A DNA stretch of 34,364 nt from a virus (lineage: Duplodnaviria; Caudoviricetes), in the IMG/VR virus record IMGVR_UViG_3300005764_000047, positions 1-34,364 of that record, one strand, 5' to 3'. This document shows, piece after piece, positions 34,298 through 34,364 of this stretch. How positions within the stretch are numbered: the first letter of the stretch is position 1; each line of letters opens with the position of its first letter. The notes beneath the pieces are model-generated. The model searched no databases, was not told the origin of the DNA, and saw only the letters and a list, made by a program, of their open reading frames with translations. A program made the translations under genes and the position numbers.

Positions 34298-34364
34298 CCA
34301 ACACCTTTACGACCGCGGGCTTTTTGGTGACCTTTACCGCCGCGATCCCACCTCCGGCGCCGTG
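34284..34364 (+). CDS. Partial ORF running off the window (MPTVDQHLYDRGLFGDLYRRDP...)
   Basis: Open to the window edge; start overlaps the previous stop region. Confidence 0.4.
   Translation, partial: MPTVDQHLYDRGLFGDLYRRDPTSGAV

Overview
This is about 34 kb of a lambda-like siphovirus (phage or prophage) genome, and every credible gene is on the + strand. The order is: terminase small and large subunits (Nu1/gpA type), gpW-like adaptor, lambda-type portal, an unusually placed block of seven genes (six fibre/decoration-like), ClpP-type head protease with an internal scaffold, major capsid protein, a glycosyltransferase/methyltransferase cluster, head-tail and tail genes, tape measure, tail tip and beta-helix tailspike. 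A lysis region follows whose only hydrolase is GH75 chitosanase-like, then an early region of small ORFs and a RecT plus Cas4-like recombination module. No integrase, repressor, tRNA or CRISPR array was seen, and the genome continues past the right edge. The most unusual signals are: (1) extreme but patchy TpC dinucleotide avoidance; (2) a GT2-TPR-GT2-methyltransferase fusion plus a further GT2 directly behind the capsid gene, a candidate virion glycosylation system; (3) a repeated TTGACA motif before late genes, including an in-frame internal scaffold start; (4) duplicated early promoter-leader modules; (5) three tandem ORFs all starting MPRKI; (6) a 230-bp insert flanked by 13-bp direct repeats. 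A Verrucomicrobiota-type host is a tentative inference only. All family assignments come from motif recognition by eye, not from database searches.
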